From the NCBI GenBank assembly GCA_018780025.1, contig JADMKH010000032.1, positions 1-33,439 on the forward strand: DNA of 33,439 nt, given 5' to 3'. Position 1 is the stretch's first letter; each line of letters opens with the position of its first letter. The stretch is from Thiobacillus sp. (GTDB lineage Bacteria; Pseudomonadota; Gammaproteobacteria; Burkholderiales; Thiobacillaceae). Both the position numbers and the translations under genes were made by a program. The notes beneath the pieces are model-generated. The model did not search any database. It saw nothing but the letters and a program-made list of their open reading frames with translations, and was not told where the DNA came from. Below, one piece after another: positions 27,853-33,439 of the stretch.

Positions 27853-28415
27853 TGGCGCGCTTTTATCCCGCGCTCGAAGCCCGGCACCGCGACTTCATCT
27901 CCGCGCAGAAGCTGTTTTTCACCGCGACCGGCACCGCCCACAGCCGCCTCAACCTGTCGCCCAAGGGCATGGACAGCCTGCGCGTGGTCAATGAAAAATG
28001 CGTGGCCTATCTTGACCTCACCGGCAGCGGCAACGAAACCGCCGCGCATCTAAAGCACGATGGCCGCATGACCCTGATGTGGTGCAGCTTCGATACCGAC
28101 CCGCTGATCCTGCGCCTGTACGGCCGCGGCCGCACCGTACGTCGGCAAGACGCCGAATGGAGCGCGTTGCGTCATCATTTCGCGGCACTACCGGGCGAAC
28201 GCCAGATCATCGTGCTGGATATCGAATCGGTGCAAACCTCATGCGGCTACGCAGTGCCGCTGTATGCCTACCAGGGTGAGCGCGACACGCTGGCACGCTG
28301 GGCCGAGAAAAAAGGCCCGGTTGGCCTGCTGGCCTTTTGGCGCGAGAAAAACCAGGTCAGCATCGACGGCCTGCCCACTAATTTACTGGAGGATGCACCA
28401 TTAAATGGACCTTGA
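27852..28415 (+). CDS. Pyridoxamine 5'-phosphate oxidase-family FMN-binding protein
   Basis: NLSPKG, YLDLTGSGNETAAH, ILRLYG, QTSCGYAVP, SIDGLP. Confidence 0.9.
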   Translation: MARFYPALEARHRDFISAQKLFFTATGTAHSRLNLSPKGMDSLRVVNEKCVAYLDLTGSGNETAAHLKHDGRMTLMWCSFDTDPLILRLYGRGRTVRRQDAEWSALRHHFAALPGERQIIVLDIESVQTSCGYAVPLYAYQGERDTLARWAEKKGPVGLLAFWREKNQVSIDGLPTNLLEDAPLNGP

Positions 28416-28600
28416 TCCCGCTTGCGCTGACTCTGACCGCATGCGATCCGACTCCGCCGCCCCAGCCCGAAACCGTACGCGCCCCCAACCCGGTTTTCGA
28501 AACGCAGATCAAGGCAATGGAAAAAGCCAAAGCGGTGGAGGGTCAGGTGATGGATGCAGCCGAGGCGCAGCGCAAGCAGATGGATGCGGCGACGCAATAG
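28400..28600 (+). CDS. Small lipoprotein, apparent ATT start (alternative TTG at 28412)
   Basis: GGAGG, 7 nt, then ATT AAA TGG gives (M)KWTLIPLALTLTA|C lipobox. Confidence 0.65.
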   Translation: MKWTLIPLALTLTACDPTPPPQPETVRAPNPVFETQIKAMEKAKAVEGQVMDAAEAQRKQMDAATQ

Positions 28601-28613
28601 CCGAAAACCCTGT

Positions 28614-29402
28614 TCAGGGTTCAGCAATCAGACGCTGCACCACCGCCCCCGCCAGCATCAGTCCGAACAGCGGCGGCATATAACTGATGGTGCCGTTGAC
28701 CGCGCGCGCACGGCCGCGCCCCTCGACCGGCTGCGGCGGCAGCGGCGCGCGCCCCGGCTCATCGGAGAACACGGTGAGCACGCCTTTTGGAATGCCGCGT
28801 TTCCTGAGCCGCTTGCGCATCACCGCAGCGAGCGGACACATGCTGGTTTTGGAAATATCGGCAAGCTTGATGCGGCCGGGGTCGAGCTTGTTGCCTGCCC
28901 CCATGCTCGATGCGACCCGCAAGCCGCGCTCGATGCTGCTGGCGACCAGCGCGACCTTGCAGTTGAGCGAGTCGATGCAGTCGATGACGAAATCGACATC
29001 GGCCGGCACGATGTCGGCCACGGTCTCGGGAACCAGAAACTCGCGGATCACGGTTAATTCGCATGCCGGATTGATGTCGCGGATGCGCGCCGCCATCAGT
29101 TCGGCTTTCGATTGCCCCACCGTGGACAGCAATGCCGGCAACTGACGGTTGATATTCGACGCGCCGACCACGTCATGATCGATGATCGTCAAACGCCCCA
29201 CCCCTGCGCGTGCCAACGCCTCGGCGCAATACGATCCAACGCCACCCAGTCCCGCCACCAGCACGTGTGCGCGCGTGAGCCGGGATTGCTCCTGGTCATC
29301 GAGCAAAATACGGGTGCGTTCAAATTGCGGCAGCGGGTCTATGTCCATACGCGCTTTCACGGGATCTATCCCGCAGAAAGTCGAAGTCTCCTTGTGGGGC
29401 AT
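28614..29402 (-). CDS. tcdA: tRNA threonylcarbamoyladenosine dehydratase (ThiF family)
   Basis: GLGGVGS, LARAGVG, SNINRQ, DCID, SMGAG, CPLA; second in-frame ATG at 29348. Confidence 0.92.
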   Translation of the reverse strand: MPHKETSTFCGIDPVKARMDIDPLPQFERTRILLDDQEQSRLTRAHVLVAGLGGVGSYCAEALARAGVGRLTIIDHDVVGASNINRQLPALLSTVGQSKAELMAARIRDINPACELTVIREFLVPETVADIVPADVDFVIDCIDSLNCKVALVASSIERGLRVASSMGAGNKLDPGRIKLADISKTSMCPLAAVMRKRLRKRGIPKGVLTVFSDEPGRAPLPPQPVEGRGRARAVNGTISYMPPLFGLMLAGAVVQRLIAEP

Positions 29403-29405
29403 CGG
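29346..29405 (-). repeat. 54-bp ATG-flanked hairpin element, copy 1
   Basis: 51/60 identical to 29641-29700 in inverted orientation. Confidence 0.9.
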
Positions 29406-29418
29406 CTAAAATCTCTTC

Positions 29419-29619
29419 ATGATGAAATGGCTGGTCACACTCATACTGGCATTGTTGTTGTTAGGCATGCTCACACCCTGGCTCAACCGGCTGGGGCTGG
29501 GCCGCTTGCCCGGCGACATGCGTGTCAAACATAAACGGGGGGTATTTTACTTCCCTTTCGCCAGCGTCATTTTAATGTCGCTGGCACTCTCACTCCTTGC
29601 GTATCTGCTGGGTCGATGA
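29419..29619 (+). CDS. DUF2905-like small membrane protein
   Basis: LGLGRLPGD...FYFPFAS motif, two TM helices. Confidence 0.8.
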   Translation: MMKWLVTLILALLLLGMLTPWLNRLGLGRLPGDMRVKHKRGVFYFPFASVILMSLALSLLAYLLGR

Positions 29620-30230
29620 ATAAAGCCTTTGTAAAAGAAACCGATGCCCCACAAGGGGACTCCGACTTTCTACTGGATAAATCCAGTGAAAGATCCTATG
29701 TGCCGGATGACGACGAAGCGGAATGCGTCGCCCCTGCATTGCCTGTCGGGATAAAAAACTACATGACCCCCGCCGGTTATGCGCAGCTTGACGCCGAATT
29801 CAATCATCTGTGGAAAATCGAGCGGCCCGCACTGGTCGAAACCATCTCCTGGGCAGCCAGCAACGGCGACCGCTCGGAAAACGGCGATTACATCTACGGC
29901 AAGAAACGGCTGCGCGAAGTCGATCGCCGCATCCGCTTTTTGTCCAAGCGCCTGGAACACGCCGAAGTCGTTGACCCGGTCACGCGCGAGAAAACCGATC
30001 AGGTGTTCTTCGGTGCCACCGTGACGGTTGCTGATAGCAATGGCAGCGAATCCACCTACGCCATCGTCGGCCTCGACGAAGCCGACGCCGGGTGCGGCCG
30101 TATTGCCTGGATTTCACCGATGGCGCGTGCGCTGCTGAAAGCGCGCGAAGGCGACACCGTTACCGTGCAAACCCCGGAGGGGCGGCGCGAAGTTGAAATC
30201 ATTGAAGTGCGTTATCAGGCCATCGATTGA
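29616..30230 (+). CDS. greB: Transcription elongation factor GreB with N-terminal insert
   Basis: NYMTPAG, WAASNGDRSENGDYIYGKKRLRE, VFFGATV, ISPMARAL. Confidence 0.96.
   Translation: MNKAFVKETDAPQGDSDFLLDKSSERSYVPDDDEAECVAPALPVGIKNYMTPAGYAQLDAEFNHLWKIERPALVETISWAASNGDRSENGDYIYGKKRLREVDRRIRFLSKRLEHAEVVDPVTREKTDQVFFGATVTVADSNGSESTYAIVGLDEADAGCGRIAWISPMARALLKAREGDTVTVQTPEGRREVEIIEVRYQAID
29641..29700 (+). repeat. 54-bp ATG-flanked hairpin element, copy 2
   Basis: ATG at 29644 and 29698; CTTTC-T-ACTGGAT-AA-ATCCAGT-GAAAG hairpin. Confidence 0.9.
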
Positions 30231-30252
30231 GTCCTGGCTGCCGGCAACCGAC

Positions 30253-31095
30253 TCAGTTCAGCGCACTTGCCAGCTTGCGCCGGTGTTGGCTCACCAAGGC
30301 ATCGCTACCCAGCAGGTCGAAAACCGACAACAGCGTCTTGCGGCCAATATCGTCCTCGAAACTGCGATCGCGGCGTATGATTTCCAGCAACTGATCCATC
30401 CCCGCTGCGTATTGCCCGGCGGCCACATACAGGTGGGCGAGCTTCAGCCGCGCGTCCAGGTCGTTTTCGTTTGCCGCCACGCGCGCATCGAGCGCGGCCT
30501 GATCTTCGCCCGCCTCACCCATGAACTGCAAACGCGCCCGCATTTTGGGCACGCGCGGATCGGCATCGTCCGGCAGGTTGCCGATCAAACGGCGGGCTTC
30601 GTCGGCCTCGCCCAGATCCAGCATGATCTCGGTCGCATCGAGCCGGATGCCGACATGATCGGGATCCAGCATGGAAGCTTCGGCCAGTTTCTGCAGCGCC
30701 CCTGAAATATCGCCGGCATCGCGCAGCTCGGCAGCCTGCGCACGCACTTCAGCGGACGGGCCGGGGAGCAGGCGATCGAGAAAGGCGCGTACCTCAGCCT
30801 CCGGCAGGGCGCCGGAAAACTCATCGACAGGCTCGCCGTTGATAAACGCCTTGACGCTGGGAATGCCCCGCACCCCGTAGCGCGTGACGAGTTCCTGATT
30901 GTCGTCCGAATTGACTTTGGCCAGCCGGAACTTGCCACCATATTCAGCGGCAAGTTTTTCCAGTATGGGCTTCAGCGATTTGCAGGGTCCGCACCACGGC
31001 GCCCAGAAATCGACCACCACCGGGCGACGCTTCGATTCCTCGATGACATGGTGCTCAAAATCGGCCAGACCGACATCAAGATCGTTTTCAGCCAT
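30253..31095 (-). CDS. cnoX: Thioredoxin-TPR chaperedoxin (YbbN/CnoX family)
   Basis: DFWAPWCGPCK thioredoxin domain plus C-terminal TPR ending RRKLASAL. Confidence 0.88.
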   Translation of the reverse strand: MAENDLDVGLADFEHHVIEESKRRPVVVDFWAPWCGPCKSLKPILEKLAAEYGGKFRLAKVNSDDNQELVTRYGVRGIPSVKAFINGEPVDEFSGALPEAEVRAFLDRLLPGPSAEVRAQAAELRDAGDISGALQKLAEASMLDPDHVGIRLDATEIMLDLGEADEARRLIGNLPDDADPRVPKMRARLQFMGEAGEDQAALDARVAANENDLDARLKLAHLYVAAGQYAAGMDQLLEIIRRDRSFEDDIGRKTLLSVFDLLGSDALVSQHRRKLASALN

Positions 31096-31107
31096 GCTGC
31101 CTCCTGC

Positions 31108-32505
<1,398 letters not shown>

Positions 32506-32553
32506 TTATACAGTGCGCTGATCGCGCTACATCAAACAGTGCGCCGATCGCGC
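32506..32553 (-). repeat. Tandem duplication of the recR 3' end
   Basis: 32506-32527 versus 32532-32553, 19/22 identical, 26-bp period. Confidence 0.75.
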
Positions 32554-33125
32554 ACGGCCTGCGCCAGCGTGCCGCTGTCCACGTATTCCAGTTCGCCGCC
32601 CACCGGCACCCCGCGCGCCAGCCGGCTGACCTTGAGGCCGCGCGCCTTCAGCAGTTCGCCGATGGTGTGCGCGGTGGCCTCGCCTTCCGGCGTGAAGTTG
32701 GTCGCCAGCAGCACTTCCTCGACCACGCCATCGAGCGCGCGATTGATCAGGCGATCGAGATGAATCTCGCGCGGACCGATGCCGTCAAGCGGACTCAGCC
32801 GCCCCATCAACACAAAATACAGGCCGGCATAACTCTGCGTGGCTTCCATCATGTTGAAGTCGGTCGGCATTTCAACCACGGCCAGCTGGCGTTTGTCGCG
32901 GCGCGGACTGAGGCAGACTTCGCATACTTCCGCTTCGGCAAAGTTGTTGCACAGCTGGCAGTGGTGCAGATGCGTCAGTGCATGATTAAGCGCACCAGCC
33001 AGCGCTTCGGCGCCGCGCCGGTCGCGTTGCAGTAAATGATAGGCCATGCGCGCCGCCGACTTCGGGCCCACGCCCGGCAGCACGCGCAAAGCGCCGATCA
33101 AGTGTTCCAGCGCGTCAGGTTGCAC
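32532..33125 (-). CDS. recR: Recombination mediator RecR
   Basis: [10 protein letters not shown]4 zinc finger, [23 protein letters not shown]. Confidence 0.97.
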   Translation of the reverse strand: MQPDALEHLIGALRVLPGVGPKSAARMAYHLLQRDRRGAEALAGALNHALTHLHHCQLCNNFAEAEVCEVCLSPRRDKRQLAVVEMPTDFNMMEATQSYAGLYFVLMGRLSPLDGIGPREIHLDRLINRALDGVVEEVLLATNFTPEGEATAHTIGELLKARGLKVSRLARGVPVGGELEYVDSGTLAQAVRDRRTV

Positions 33126-33140
33126 CGCGAGCCTCCTGCC

Positions 33141-33439
33141 TTAGAACGGCAGTTTCATGCCCGGCGGAATCGGCAGGCCGGCGGTCACGCTACCCATTTT
33201 TTCCTGCACGGTGGATTCGACCTTGCGCACCGCATCATTTACCGCTGCGGCCACCAGGTCTTCCAGCATCTCGCGGTCGTCGCCCATCAGGCTGGGATCG
33301 ATATTGATGCGGCGCACATCGTATTTGCAGGTCATGGTCACCTTGACCATGCCGGCGCCGCTCTGCCCTTCGATTTCGATCTCGGCCAGCTTGGCCTGCA
33401 TTTTGGCCATGTTTTCCTGCACCTGCTGGACCTGCTTCA
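33141..33439 (-). CDS. ybaB: YbaB/EbfC nucleoid-associated protein (5' end outside the window)
   Basis: [32 protein letters not shown]; upstream of recR. Confidence 0.93.
   Translation of the reverse strand, partial: KQVQQVQENMAKMQAKLAEIEIEGQSGAGMVKVTMTCKYDVRRINIDPSLMGDDREMLEDLVAAAVNDAVRKVESTVQEKMGSVTAGLPIPPGMKLPF

Overview
This is a GC-rich betaproteobacterial chromosomal window; gene order and protein style suggest a Thiobacillus-like organism, which is inference. Left half (1-15.7 kb): an MSHA-like type IV pilus/T2SS-like operon with a sigma54 response regulator, ExeA/MshM ATPase, MshL-like secretin, TPR protein, GspE/PilB ATPase, PilC/GspF, PilMN-like, PilO-like and MshK-like genes, and two prepilins. 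A convergent PrsK-like histidine kinase lies beside it, a complete sigma54 promoter (UAS, IHF site, -24/-12) precedes the large pilin, and a Phd/VapC toxin-antitoxin pair is wedged in at a pilin start codon. Right half: housekeeping genes (CPA2 antiporter, kdsD-kdsC-lptCAB-rpoN-hpf-ptsN-hprK-rapZ, NusG-II/Gx transporter, ubiX, LON-domain protein, PNPOx-like protein, lipoprotein, tcdA, DUF2905-like, greB, cnoX, purB, recR, partial ybaB). The most notable unexplained signal is a set of tiny palindromic insertions inside reading frames. Two copies of a 54-bp ATG-flanked hairpin element with a compensatory base change sit in tcdA and greB, and unrelated palindromic inserts sit in the LON-domain and MshK-like genes. 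Short inserts that duplicate start-codon or stop-codon regions also recur at gene junctions.
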